Positions 9,837 to 19,036 of a stretch of DNA of 64,000 nt are shown piece by piece. A model generated the notes under the pieces. It was not told the DNA's origin. It worked only from the letters and a program-made list of their open reading frames with translations, and searched no databases. This stretch comes from an uncultured Lachnoclostridium sp. (GTDB lineage Bacteria; Bacillota; Clostridia; Lachnospirales; Lachnospiraceae), in the NCBI GenBank assembly GCA_946415315.1, contig CAMKRZ010000006.1:4168-68167 (forward strand). Direction: 5' to 3'. Within the stretch, counting starts at the first letter, position 1. The number at the start of each line of letters is the position of its first letter. The translations under genes were made by a program, and so were the position numbers.

Positions 9837-10934
9837 TTATCGAAGTCCCTGACTGTTGTTCATCAGCGTCTCACTGTACAGAAACAGGACATCCCGATCC
9901 GCAAACTTTAAAAACCGCCCGAGCGCATCCGGATGGATATAGCGGATGTCCGCCAGATAAACGCTCCGGTAGGCCGACGCCAGCAGCGGCGCGATCGCCG
10001 CCCCGAAGGAATCTCGGAAAATGATCAGTTCCCCCTCGGGCGCATTCGGATTATCGATCCGCAGCAGGCTCTTGCTCCCGCCCACAAACAGCGTATACAG
10101 GTCGCGCGCATCACACCCTTCGGGGTCGTACATCGGGATCACCGACATCGTCTCATAGTCAAAAAGCCTGCAATCATCCAGATACCCGCCGGTCAGATAA
10201 TACAGCGTCTCCGGCTCCGGGTTCATCGCCGATTGTCCGGCATACACGCCGAGAAAATGTTCCACGGGCACCTTGTCGAATTCCGTCGCCCGCAGGACGG
10301 ACGTATCTCTTCCCATCGTCTGCAGCAGGATCTCCGCCGTATTGATCAACCGCTCCTGTCGCCAGTGGCTGTCGGAGCGGTAATAGTCCGTCAGCTCAAG
10401 GCTCTCCCGGATCGGCACCGCCGTCGCAAACGGAAGGATCCCGCCGTACAGCTCCTCCATCCGCGCGCCGTCCGCCACGGGATAGCCCGCATCCCGCAGA
10501 AAGCTGCTCTTGTCCGGGACAAGCGCCCGGTACACACTGCACTTCGACCGCTCCAGATACTTCTTTCGCACGCGCTCAAACCGCTCCCCGGCATACGCGA
10601 ACGACGCCTCATTTGCCTGCTTCTGCAGACGGATGATGCTTCCCTCATGCCTGACAAAGCCGTTGTACTCATGCTCCCGGAGAATGTCGATCTGAAATGC
10701 GGCGCGTGCCTGCCGAAACAGCTCTCTCTTCGGAAAATGGTCCGCCGTCCAGAGGTCGAGCCGCTCAAAATACCTCCCGCTCAGGACATTTTCCGAAGTG
10801 AGTTCCGGGACCTCCGCGAGGAGCCGGCGCTCCGTCTCGGACCGGGTTTCCTTCGGCGATGCGAACAATGTGATACTTCCGGCCAGCAGCGCTCCGAAGA
10901 ACGCGACCGCGGGAAGCAATCGTATTTTCTTCAT
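9837..10934 (-). CDS. DHHW-family (AlgX/AlgJ/SGNH-like) extracytoplasmic protein, partner of the MBOAT acyltransferase
   Basis: 365 aa with an N-terminal signal/TM (MKKIRLLPAVAFFGALLAGSITLFA) and a YYRSDSHW motif (a DHHW variant). It starts 9 nt downstream of the MBOAT gene. Confidence 0.75.
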   Translation of the reverse strand: MKKIRLLPAVAFFGALLAGSITLFASPKETRSETERRLLAEVPELTSENVLSGRYFERLDLWTADHFPKRELFRQARAAFQIDILREHEYNGFVRHEGSIIRLQKQANEASFAYAGERFERVRKKYLERSKCSVYRALVPDKSSFLRDAGYPVADGARMEELYGGILPFATAVPIRESLELTDYYRSDSHWRQERLINTAEILLQTMGRDTSVLRATEFDKVPVEHFLGVYAGQSAMNPEPETLYYLTGGYLDDCRLFDYETMSVIPMYDPEGCDARDLYTLFVGGSKSLLRIDNPNAPEGELIIFRDSFGAAIAPLLASAYRSVYLADIRYIHPDALGRFLKFADRDVLFLYSETLMNNSQGLR

Positions 10935-10943
10935 GATGCCCTC

Positions 10944-12467
10944 CTAAAACCGGAAATACAAAAACGGTGAGAAACTTCCGTCGACCAGATAGGCGGTCGC
11001 GAGCAACAGGATTCCGAGGATCCACAAAGTCTCCAGGATCGGGAGCCACACATCGGCCCCCCGTTTCTTCATCAACGCCGTCATTGCCCGCTTCGGCAAC
11101 GGCGTCGCGCCGAGAAGCGCCGCCGCAAGAAGAACCGCACTGCCGCTCAGCAGATACGCGGTGTCACGGCTCCACAGGGAAACCGTTCCGAACATCCGCC
11201 CGAGCTGCGTGACCGCGCCGTGAAATTCGGTAAACCGGAACCAGACGAAAACCGTGACAGTTACCGCGAGGACCGCAGCGGTCCGCACAACCCACAAAGC
11301 GGCACGTCTGCGCGTCACCGCACGCGCCTCCGCGCCCGCCGAAACCGACGCATCGCCGGAAGCCGCCGCATTACCGGAGGCCGATTTTCCAACCGAAGCC
11401 GGCGCATTACCGGAGGCCGCTGCATTCCTTGAAAGAAGCACCTCAAGGATCAACAGCACGCCGAAACATGCGCCCCAGATCACAAAATTCCAGGAGGCAC
11501 CGTGCCACAGGCCGGTGAGTCCCCAGACGATCAGCAGATTGAGCAGGTGCCGCGCCCGTCCTTTGCGGTTGCCGCCGAGCGGGATGTAGAGATAGTCGCG
11601 GAACCATGTGCCGAGGGAAATATGCCACCTCCGCCAGAATTCGCGGAAGCTGTCGCTGATCAGCGGATAGCGGAAGTTCTCGGGAATGTCAAAGCCGAAG
11701 CAGCCGGCCAGACCGATCGCCATATCGCTGTACCCTGAAAAATCATAGTAAACATACAAAAGAAACGCCAGTCCCTCCGTCCAAGCCAGCACCGCGGACG
11801 GCGCCGTCGACGCCGCTGCCGCCTCGCACAGGGCAAACAGCCGGTCGGCGATCAGGAGTTTCTTTCCGAGGCCCGTGCAAAAGCGCACGATCCCGCGCTC
11901 CAGGCGCTCGACGCTGATCCGTCGCTCGGCGGCAAGACTCTCGCGGATCGCGTCATAGCGTACGATCGGTCCCGCGATCAACTGCGGGAAGAACGAGATA
12001 TACAGCGCAAGCCGCACCGGATTTTTCTCCGCCGGATAACGCCCGCGGTACACGTCGATCCCGTAGCTGACGCCCTGAAAAATGTAAAAGCTGATCCCGA
12101 TCGGGAGCGGCAGCCGGAGCAGCCCGAGCACCTCCCGCCCGGCGATCGCGTTGACGGTCTCCGGCAGAAGGTCCGCATATTTGAACAGCGTAAGAAGTCC
12201 GAAGCTCAGCACGAGGAAAATGACAAGCACTGCTTTCCTTCCGCGCCCACTCTTCTCTCCGCTGCGAGGCTCCGCCAGTCTGCCCGCGGCGTACGCAAGC
12301 ACGATCTCACCAAGCATGAGCAGCAGATACAGCTGTTCCCCGCAGAAATAGAAAGTCATGCTCGCAAGCAACAGCACCGCGTTTCTCGCCTTCGCCGGGA
12401 CGATGCAGTATACGAGCATGACCGCCGGGAGGAACAGATATAAAAATGTCAGGCTTGAAAAAACCAT
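10944..12467 (-). CDS. MBOAT-family membrane O-acyltransferase (AlgI/DltB/PatA-like)
   Basis: 507 aa and polytopic. FREFWRRWHISLGTWFRDYLYIPLGGNRKG contains the invariant MBOAT His. It carries an Ala/Ser/Gly-rich insertion encoded by a 36-bp direct repeat. Confidence 0.9.
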   Translation of the reverse strand: MVFSSLTFLYLFLPAVMLVYCIVPAKARNAVLLLASMTFYFCGEQLYLLLMLGEIVLAYAAGRLAEPRSGEKSGRGRKAVLVIFLVLSFGLLTLFKYADLLPETVNAIAGREVLGLLRLPLPIGISFYIFQGVSYGIDVYRGRYPAEKNPVRLALYISFFPQLIAGPIVRYDAIRESLAAERRISVERLERGIVRFCTGLGKKLLIADRLFALCEAAAASTAPSAVLAWTEGLAFLLYVYYDFSGYSDMAIGLAGCFGFDIPENFRYPLISDSFREFWRRWHISLGTWFRDYLYIPLGGNRKGRARHLLNLLIVWGLTGLWHGASWNFVIWGACFGVLLILEVLLSRNAAASGNAPASVGKSASGNAAASGDASVSAGAEARAVTRRRAALWVVRTAAVLAVTVTVFVWFRFTEFHGAVTQLGRMFGTVSLWSRDTAYLLSGSAVLLAAALLGATPLPKRAMTALMKKRGADVWLPILETLWILGILLLATAYLVDGSFSPFLYFRF

Positions 12468-12485
12468 GCTTCCTCCCGTGAAAGA

Positions 12486-13484
12486 TCAACTATCATTTTC
12501 CGAACACATGATGAACAGGACCGCGTTACCGTCCGTCTCCGTGATGATCGTGTCGGCGGTCATGCAGACATTCCAGTTCAAGTTGGCTTTGTCGCGGAGC
12601 ATCCCGGCGAAACCGTCCGCCGCCTTCGCGTCGCTCACACGGAAAATGTAGCAGATAAACAGGTTCGGAGAGATCATCGGCAGGATCGCAGCGCCGTCGG
12701 TGAACCCGGTGATCGACACCGCATTTTCCATATCGCCGAATCCGGTGAGCGTCCCTTCGCTCACGGCAGCGGTATGCACCTCGTTAAACTTCTGATGTCC
12801 GACAAGGTACTCCGCGATCGAAATGCACGAAGCGTTCGCGTCATCAGCCAGATACTCGTGGAAGATGCCCACCAGATCGCGGGCCTTCCCCGCCACGGTT
12901 CCGGTGACCGGCTTCATCTTTGTGTTGTACATTGCAAAATAAACTTTTCCGTCGATCACCAGGCACGTCTGACCGTCGAGTTTGCCTTTCTCCTCATCGT
13001 CCATCCACAACGGATTGGCGTTGGCCTTCAGTGCGTCGGCGATGCCCTGCGCGTCCTCCGGCTTCTGCGGGGCAAACACATAGACGAGCGCACCGGTCCC
13101 CCCGGCGAGATCGCAGACGCAGGCGTCCTTCCCTTTTCCGAGGAACGCTCGATCGTCCGTCATCCCCGGATAGTGATTGCCCCAATCATGGTGGAGCTGC
13201 TCAGCCACAAACAGCGCAAAATACGGGCTTTTCAGGATTTCCGCGGTGATTGCATCGGGATCCGCATCCGGATTGGCCTTGGCGATCCCAGAGAGGAACG
13301 CCTCCATATCGATCGGCTCGCCGCCAGCAACGTCACCGTTCTGCCCGCTGTCCGCCGCCTCTCCTGTCGGCTTCGGCGTCGGCGTATTCTTCCCGTCTCC
13401 GCTTTCATTGTCCGACTTCCCGCAGCCGGCAAAAAGCGCCGCCGGCAACATGATCAACAACAGTAAAATGATGATCCTTCTCAT
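12486..13484 (-). CDS. Lipoprotein, function unknown
   Basis: Start chosen at ATG 13484 (AAAGGAGAA upstream). MRRIIILLLLIMLPAALFAGCGK is a signal peptide with lipobox LFAGC. No family recognised. Confidence 0.7.
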   Translation of the reverse strand: MRRIIILLLLIMLPAALFAGCGKSDNESGDGKNTPTPKPTGEAADSGQNGDVAGGEPIDMEAFLSGIAKANPDADPDAITAEILKSPYFALFVAEQLHHDWGNHYPGMTDDRAFLGKGKDACVCDLAGGTGALVYVFAPQKPEDAQGIADALKANANPLWMDDEEKGKLDGQTCLVIDGKVYFAMYNTKMKPVTGTVAGKARDLVGIFHEYLADDANASCISIAEYLVGHQKFNEVHTAAVSEGTLTGFGDMENAVSITGFTDGAAILPMISPNLFICYIFRVSDAKAADGFAGMLRDKANLNWNVCMTADTIITETDGNAVLFIMCSENDS

Positions 13485-13559
13485 CCGTTTTTCTCCTTTC
13501 GTTTCACACAAGCTCTGTCGTGCATTCACTCGCGCCGCTGCCCTTTCACGGGCGTTCTC

Positions 13560-14612
13560 TCAGGATCCCTCCGAGGTCTCAACGTACATGCGGATCAGCT
13601 CCTCCGAACAGTCGACGACATCGTCCCCGAGAGCCATCTTTTTGTAAAGTTCCTCACGCGGAAGCAGGACTCGTTTGCCGCTGCCAAGCTGCACGGTCCC
13701 CCACACCAGCGGACCGTAATCTCCCGAGATCACGCGGCTCTGCCCGTCGATTGGGATCGTATGTGCCGCCACCCGGTACCGCGCGCCGTCACCGGATTTC
13801 GTGACCGTCACGATATACTGCGCGCCGACCTCCGTCACCGGAACATCCTCCTGCGGATGATGCAGCGAATACCCGGTCTCTGCGGCAAACCAGACCGAAC
13901 TGTCCTGCGTCACGATACTGGCATTTTCCACGAGATCAAACCCCGATGTACTGTGAAAAATACGATCGATCCGGATCGTGATCGGGACATGCGTTCCCTG
14001 TCCGGCATTGACCTGCGAAAAATCGATATTCTGCACCGTGACAAGGCACAGCGCCTGTGCTTCGCCGTCCCATTCCGCTGTTTGGTACGGTCTGAGGATC
14101 CACGGCACGGTCATCGAGACCCGATCCATGGACATATCCTGCACACTGTCAAACGTAAACCCCGACATCAGCATCGAATCTTTTTTCTCATCCGGGCGCA
14201 TTATCTCCGGAGCCGTCTTGCCTTCCGCGTCATCAATGACGACCGTGGTAAACTGTTCCTCAATCGCGGTATCGACGTTTTTCACCGTGGCATTGTCGGG
14301 CTCCGGCGGCCTCTTCAGGGTCCGCCCGACCGCGAAGAGCAACAGTCCGCACACGGCGATCGCCGCTGCCGCAATTGCGGCTCTTTTGCACAATGCTGAC
14401 ATCATCAGGATCTGCGACTTCGCTTCTGCCGACTCAGCGGACTTCTCCGCCTGAGGCACCGCATCGGCCGGCCCGGAGAGCAACTCCTCCCGCGCCTTCT
14501 CGTACGCCGCAAAGATCTCCTGCTTCTTCTGCCCGGAGACTCCGCGTTCTGCCGATTTAGCCGTCTCCAGGATCTTATTTGTTCCGTATCGTTTCTTCCC
14601 GTTCATGCTCAT
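13560..14612 (-). CDS. Putative anti-sigma factor (single-pass membrane protein)
   Basis: It starts 19 nt downstream of the ECF sigma gene. It has one TM (AAIAAAAIAVCGLLLFAVG) between a charged cytoplasmic N-terminus and a ~240-aa outside domain. The assignment rests on position only. Confidence 0.55.
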   Translation of the reverse strand: MSMNGKKRYGTNKILETAKSAERGVSGQKKQEIFAAYEKAREELLSGPADAVPQAEKSAESAEAKSQILMMSALCKRAAIAAAAIAVCGLLLFAVGRTLKRPPEPDNATVKNVDTAIEEQFTTVVIDDAEGKTAPEIMRPDEKKDSMLMSGFTFDSVQDMSMDRVSMTVPWILRPYQTAEWDGEAQALCLVTVQNIDFSQVNAGQGTHVPITIRIDRIFHSTSGFDLVENASIVTQDSSVWFAAETGYSLHHPQEDVPVTEVGAQYIVTVTKSGDGARYRVAAHTIPIDGQSRVISGDYGPLVWGTVQLGSGKRVLLPREELYKKMALGDDVVDCSEELIRMYVETSEGS

Positions 14613-14631
14613 ACGCCGGATCTCCTTTCCG

Positions 14632-15159
14632 TCAAAAACTGCTCCTGAGCTTTCGGATCGCGCTGCGGTAGCGGCGAAAGACCGACGCCGCGGAGAGTCC
14701 GGTCATCTTCGCGATCTCGCGGAATCCGAGTTCCGCATCGACGTGCAATGTGAAGATCTCCCGCTCCTCATCGTCCAGCTCCTCCATCAACTCCTCAAAC
14801 TGCTCCGCCACGCTGTCCGATCCGCCGTCTTCCGCCTCATCGTTTCGCAGGAGCGGGAGCAGTTCCTCCGGGTCGGTCGAAGTCTCGAAGTTGCGGCGCC
14901 GCAACCGACTGATCGCCGTATTTCGTACCGTTTGGAAAATGTACGCTCTGGCGTTCGCAACCGCCGTCGGCTCATTTTTGAGTAACTTTAAAAAAGCGTC
15001 CTGAACCGCGTCCTCCGCATCTGCCCGATTGCGCAAGATACGGAACGCCACCATGTACATGGGAACGTTCATCTCATTGAACAAACGCGTAAACGAGTCC
15101 GGATTTCCGACGATATCGCTGAGTAATCGGTTGACGGTATTGTTGTCGATCGGCCGCAT
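14632..15159 (-). CDS. ECF-type RNA polymerase sigma-70 family factor
   Basis: Start chosen at ATG 15159 (GGAGG upstream). Region 2 is DAEDAVQDAFLKLL. Region 4 HTH is EREIFTLHVDAELGFREIAKMTGLSAASVFRRYRSAIRKL. Confidence 0.88.
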   Translation of the reverse strand: MRPIDNNTVNRLLSDIVGNPDSFTRLFNEMNVPMYMVAFRILRNRADAEDAVQDAFLKLLKNEPTAVANARAYIFQTVRNTAISRLRRRNFETSTDPEELLPLLRNDEAEDGGSDSVAEQFEELMEELDDEEREIFTLHVDAELGFREIAKMTGLSAASVFRRYRSAIRKLRSSF

Positions 15160-15180
15160 ATCAACCTCCACACTGACTAT

Positions 15181-15206
15181 GACGCACGAGATCGGCGTTT
15201 GTTTCA
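15181..15206 (-). promoter_or_regulatory. ECF-type (autoregulatory) promoter candidate
   Basis: Minus strand TGAAAC, 16 nt, CGTC. This matches the classical ECF -35 GAAC / -10 CGT pattern (compare B. subtilis SigW TGAAAC-N16-CGTA). It lies about 20 nt upstream of the sigma gene start. Confidence 0.5.
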
Positions 15207-15255
15207 TTTATTTTCCGATTTATACAAAATATTTATGCAAATTTTTTGTAAGAAA

Positions 15256-15900
15256 TCACTCAAACAAATCCACCACGTCACAGCCGAGGACCAGCGAAAG
15301 GCTCACCAGTGTCTGCGCTTCCGCCCTGCGGATATCCTGTTGCTTCTGTTCATAAAGCTGAACCATGCGCAGCGATGTTCCGGAACGCTCCGCCAGTTCC
15401 CGCTGCGTCATCCCGCTGTTCTTCCGCATTTGCTGAAGTCGGCTGGGCTCCTCGCGACGACTCTCTTCAATCATCCGGTCCGCAACAGAGACAAACTTCG
15501 TGACATCCGCCTCGTGAAGCGTCGGATAAAGACTTCTCACTTTGGAAAATGACACTCCTCTCTTTCGCATGTACGAAAAGCCATGCCCGGAAAACCATTG
15601 ATAATACGCGAGAATCCACCCCGACCAGTATTCCGGGCTTCTCTCATACGCAACGGAAGGCATTGTCTCGGGCCGTTCACCTTCCGTCGCACGGAGAACT
15701 TCCATCGCAAGCTCAGGCCCCGAGAGCCCCGCCACGTACTTTGGATTGCCCGCGCCGAATTTCTCCGCGACCCCGGACACCAGAAACTGCGAATAAAACT
15801 CTTCCGCGTCACAGCCGAGATCGCAGAGCGCGTAATCAAACATATCGCCGAGGTTGTTCATAGCGTCATTCAGATAGGTTTCTTCGTAAGCGTGCATCAT
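15256..15900 (-). CDS. Protein with C-terminal XRE-type HTH, partner of the DUF3990-like gene
   Basis: Start chosen at MMHAYEE (15900); the longer track ORF overlaps the upstream gene by 200 nt. The C-terminus LQQMRKNSGMTQRELAERSGTSLRMVQLYEQKQQDIRRAEAQTL is an HTH_3-like domain. Confidence 0.7.
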   Translation of the reverse strand: MMHAYEETYLNDAMNNLGDMFDYALCDLGCDAEEFYSQFLVSGVAEKFGAGNPKYVAGLSGPELAMEVLRATEGERPETMPSVAYERSPEYWSGWILAYYQWFSGHGFSYMRKRGVSFSKVRSLYPTLHEADVTKFVSVADRMIEESRREEPSRLQQMRKNSGMTQRELAERSGTSLRMVQLYEQKQQDIRRAEAQTLVSLSLVLGCDVVDLFE

Positions 15901-16564
15901 GGTTGTCCCACTCCTCTCGCAAAATGTCCACCAGATAAATTTCATCCGCCGCACTTCTGTTCCCGCGTTCCTCTCGATAAGCGTCACGGGCTTTCGCATC
16001 GCGGCTGTGTTTCTTCGGATAATTAATCTCCTTCTCCGCCACGATCTCCTCGCGGAACGATATTCTTTCAAATGCTTTCCGGCTCCTCAGAACGACCTGC
16101 TCACCGAGTTTTCCGAGCATCATTGCCTTCTCTAACTGCCGCAGCGACAGAGTATTATTCAGGAACGCATTGGCGAACGAAAAATATGAGTCATCCGCAC
16201 GGTAACCGATCATCACATCAAAAGAACGATACTTCGGAAGGAACCTGCGTAAAAGGAACTCGCGACCTTCTTCGGCAATTCCCGCCGATATCCGGAACAC
16301 ACGATTTTCCAAAAGAACCGCAAGCCAGTTCAGAATATTGTACTCTCCATTCTGAAGATTAAGTACCGACAGTCCATCCGCATCAAAATCATAAGCATTG
16401 GCATAACCACTGTTTGTCTCAGTACACGCCCACTCCTTCGCAAGTTCCGGGCTTTCCGTACAATAAAAACCGAGCCCGTAATCATTATGCGGGTTACCCT
16501 GCCCGTAAACCGGCACACGAATGATATTCTGCGATCCGTGATAAAGAATCCATTTCCTCTCCAT
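15866..16564 (-). CDS. DUF3990-like protein
   Basis: 232 aa. The N-terminus WILYHGSQNIIRVPVYGQGNPHNDYGLGFYCTESPELAKEWA matches my recollection of the DUF3990 signature (LYHGS ... GFY ... A..WA). No database check was possible. Confidence 0.65.
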   Translation of the reverse strand: MERKWILYHGSQNIIRVPVYGQGNPHNDYGLGFYCTESPELAKEWACTETNSGYANAYDFDADGLSVLNLQNGEYNILNWLAVLLENRVFRISAGIAEEGREFLLRRFLPKYRSFDVMIGYRADDSYFSFANAFLNNTLSLRQLEKAMMLGKLGEQVVLRSRKAFERISFREEIVAEKEINYPKKHSRDAKARDAYREERGNRSAADEIYLVDILREEWDNHDARLRRNLSE

Positions 16565-16597
16565 GCCATTTTCTCCTTCTCTTTGTTATTAAGATTA

Positions 16598-16658
16598 TAT
16601 CGTTATAACGATACTTCTGTCAAGAACCAATCCGATTTTCGATATCGTTACAGCGATA
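16598..16658. promoter_or_regulatory. Two related palindromic operator candidates upstream of the DUF3990/HTH pair
   Basis: TATCGTTATAACGATA (16598..16613, a perfect 16-bp palindrome) and TATCGTTACAGCGATA (16643..16658). Both fit TATCG-N6-CGATA and are 45 bp apart, in the intergenic region upstream of 16564. Confidence 0.5.
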
Positions 16659-16816
16659 CTTTATCTTTTTGCAAACCTTACCGAAGTCTAACTCCCCCTT
16701 GACATTCCCCTCAGCTTCCCCGAAAATAGTCTTGTCATTTTTCGAAAAATGTGAGTGATTTCCGCAACTGCGCAAGTGTAGTGTTGTGAATGACCACTTC
16801 GGAAGGGAGAACGCCG

Positions 16817-17398
16817 ATGGAAGATCAGACTTTACTCAATCTGCTGCAGACCGATGCCGAGAACGGCATGCGGCAAGTCATTCGCATCTACGGCCCCGCC
16901 GTGCACAAAATCTGCGTCTCGATCCTCGCAGGGCGCCCTCGCGAGGAGTTGGAGGAAGCGGAAGCTGATGTCTTTGTGAGAATATGGAAATATCGGGAGA
17001 GAATACGGCTGAGCGAGACTTACCCTCTGAGAAGCTATCTCTTCGCAATCGCACGAAACGTCTCAAAAGACAGACTGCACCGCACGCGACCGGACATGCT
17101 CTCCTTAGACGCTGCGCTTGAGGACGGCATCGAGCCGGAAGCTCCGGACAACACGGAGGCGACGGCAACCGAGAGCTGGCTGAAGGACGCTGTCGCGGCA
17201 GCGGTAGCAAAGCTTGACGAACCGGCGCGCAGCATTTTCCGTGAACGCTACTACGGGAGATGCAGCGTGAAGGAAATCGCGGCGCACCTGGGGCTCCCCG
17301 AAAAAAAAGTGGAAAACATTCTTCACCGCGACCGCGCAAAGCTGTACGCATTTCTCGCGGAGAAAGGAGTAACCTCATATGAAGAATTCGAAAAATGA
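16817..17398 (+). CDS. ECF-type sigma-70 family factor (second copy)
   Basis: Start chosen at ATG 16817 (GGAAGGGAGAA upstream). Region 2 is EAEADVFVRIW. Region 4 is RSIFRERYYGRCSVKEIAAHLGLPEKKVENILHRDRAKL. Confidence 0.85.
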   Translation: MEDQTLLNLLQTDAENGMRQVIRIYGPAVHKICVSILAGRPREELEEAEADVFVRIWKYRERIRLSETYPLRSYLFAIARNVSKDRLHRTRPDMLSLDAALEDGIEPEAPDNTEATATESWLKDAVAAAVAKLDEPARSIFRERYYGRCSVKEIAAHLGLPEKKVENILHRDRAKLYAFLAEKGVTSYEEFEK

Positions 17399-18791
17399 CA
17401 ACCTTACGTTCATAGACAATATCGAAGCCGTATTGGACAATCCGCCGACCGCGGAGGAGGCTGACCTTATTCTGGCCGACGCCGAGGCTGAGATTGCAAC
17501 CGTTTTCGCAGAGCCTGATGCGCCGGATTACAACGAATTTGATGCGACGACCGTGACGGAACTGGCGCTTGGAAGGATGAGAACTGCTGAAGCGGGTGCA
17601 TCTGCCGATATGACTACGACCGCTGATGCGGACAAGGCTGAATCGGTTGTGACTGCTGAGAAAGATGTTGCTGAGATGGCTGCTTCCGCCGAGACAGACA
17701 AGGCTGCTTCCGGATCGAACGCCGGCAAAACCGTCGTGACCCTCAGGCCCGCTGCCCGCAGACGCCGGAAACTTTTCCGCGTCGCTCTTATCGCAGCCTG
17801 CATCGCCGTGCTTCTGTTCGGCACATTTGTCGCCGCTGCGAATGTCATCTACGATGTCCGTTTCACGCAGTTGATCGGCGTTGAAGGAACCATGACCAAG
17901 TTGGAAAACGGATATTTTCAGATTGGACTTTCCAAGACGATCGACGACCTGACCGTGACCGTGGTGGATGCCATCGGCGACGCCCGCATCCAGTGGGTTG
18001 AGATTCAGACAAACCGCAAGCTCGCGGACGGCACACCCGACGGCTGGCTGGAGAAAGCTTTCACGGACGACGGACTCTACATCAATACTCCGGCTTTGCC
18101 TGATGAGTATGCCTCCACCGGCTATCGAGTCGACTACTACAAGGGGTCCCGTCTCGCAACGATTTTTTCCGACATTGACTGTACAGAATACTATCAGAAA
18201 AATTACTCGCATGCATTTACGCTCAATACAGGAGGAAGCCTTATCCCCTTCTGTCGCGACGGCTATCTCTGGTACCTGATGCAGGCCAGCTGCAATAAGG
18301 ATATCAACCACAGTTTTACGCATCTGGCGATCAACTTTAACACCTCCGTTCAGGATGATGTGATGTTTGAATTTAACTGGTGCAACAATTATAAATCCGA
18401 TAAGGAAACGTTCCGCGTGAACAAGTCTGTCGGAAAAGCGAAGATCAAAAAGGTTGTTCTGTGCGGTGCAAGCATGTTTTTGTATATTGACGGAGGGTAC
18501 GATGATATCTGTCTGAATTACATTACACTGAAGGACGGCACGATCCTGTACACCGATCAAGGGGAAGCAGAAATCGCTCAGGACAAAACCGGCGTATACA
18601 GTTTCATGGATGACGGCAGACAGTCCTGCGGCGGCAGCGCCAACGATGAAGGCATCTTCACCTCCTCCGATGTGGAGTACTCTCTTCTTCCGGGCGTCAC
18701 GTTCCGGACACCGCAGTCCTGCACCTCGCTCATTCCCATGGACGATATTGTCTCGATCACGATCAACGGTGTGGAGATCAGCTTGAAGTAA
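17379..18791 (+). CDS. Putative anti-sigma factor with a large extracytoplasmic domain
   Basis: It overlaps the sigma gene by 20 nt. It has a single TM (LFRVALIAACIAVLLFGTFVAAA) after an acidic cytoplasmic N-terminus, followed by a ~300-aa outside domain of no recognised family. Confidence 0.6.
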   Translation: MKNSKNDNLTFIDNIEAVLDNPPTAEEADLILADAEAEIATVFAEPDAPDYNEFDATTVTELALGRMRTAEAGASADMTTTADADKAESVVTAEKDVAEMAASAETDKAASGSNAGKTVVTLRPAARRRRKLFRVALIAACIAVLLFGTFVAAANVIYDVRFTQLIGVEGTMTKLENGYFQIGLSKTIDDLTVTVVDAIGDARIQWVEIQTNRKLADGTPDGWLEKAFTDDGLYINTPALPDEYASTGYRVDYYKGSRLATIFSDIDCTEYYQKNYSHAFTLNTGGSLIPFCRDGYLWYLMQASCNKDINHSFTHLAINFNTSVQDDVMFEFNWCNNYKSDKETFRVNKSVGKAKIKKVVLCGASMFLYIDGGYDDICLNYITLKDGTILYTDQGEAEIAQDKTGVYSFMDDGRQSCGGSANDEGIFTSSDVEYSLLPGVTFRTPQSCTSLIPMDDIVSITINGVEISLK

Positions 18792-18834
18792 TACCGCAGA
18801 CACTGCGCAAGACAATAAAACCGCATAAAACAGT

Positions 18835-18873
18835 AATAACCCGAGTGAGCATCAACAGCGCACTCGGGTTATT
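18835..18873 (+). terminator. Hairpin downstream of the anti-sigma gene (weak U-tract)
   Basis: AATAACCCGAGTG, 13-nt loop, CACTCGGGTTATT: a perfect 13-bp stem. It is followed by gccatttc. Confidence 0.5.
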
Positions 18874-19036
18874 GCCATTTCATGTAGTCCTTTTCAGAAA
18901 AGCAGGGGAAGTTGAGTCCGAAGACGACTCTTTCGCGTCACCCTATATGGATTAAGCATAAATCAGATTGTGTTTAACGCCTCATTTACTCGAATTGCGA
19001 GCTTCTGCTGTTTCAGTTATTCGTAACTCTGATAAA

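Noticed and set aside
16878-18815. 645-aa minus-strand ORF
   Set aside because: It is antisense to the sigma/anti-sigma pair and Arg/Gly/Cys-rich with no motifs. This is typical shadow-ORF behaviour in high-GC DNA.
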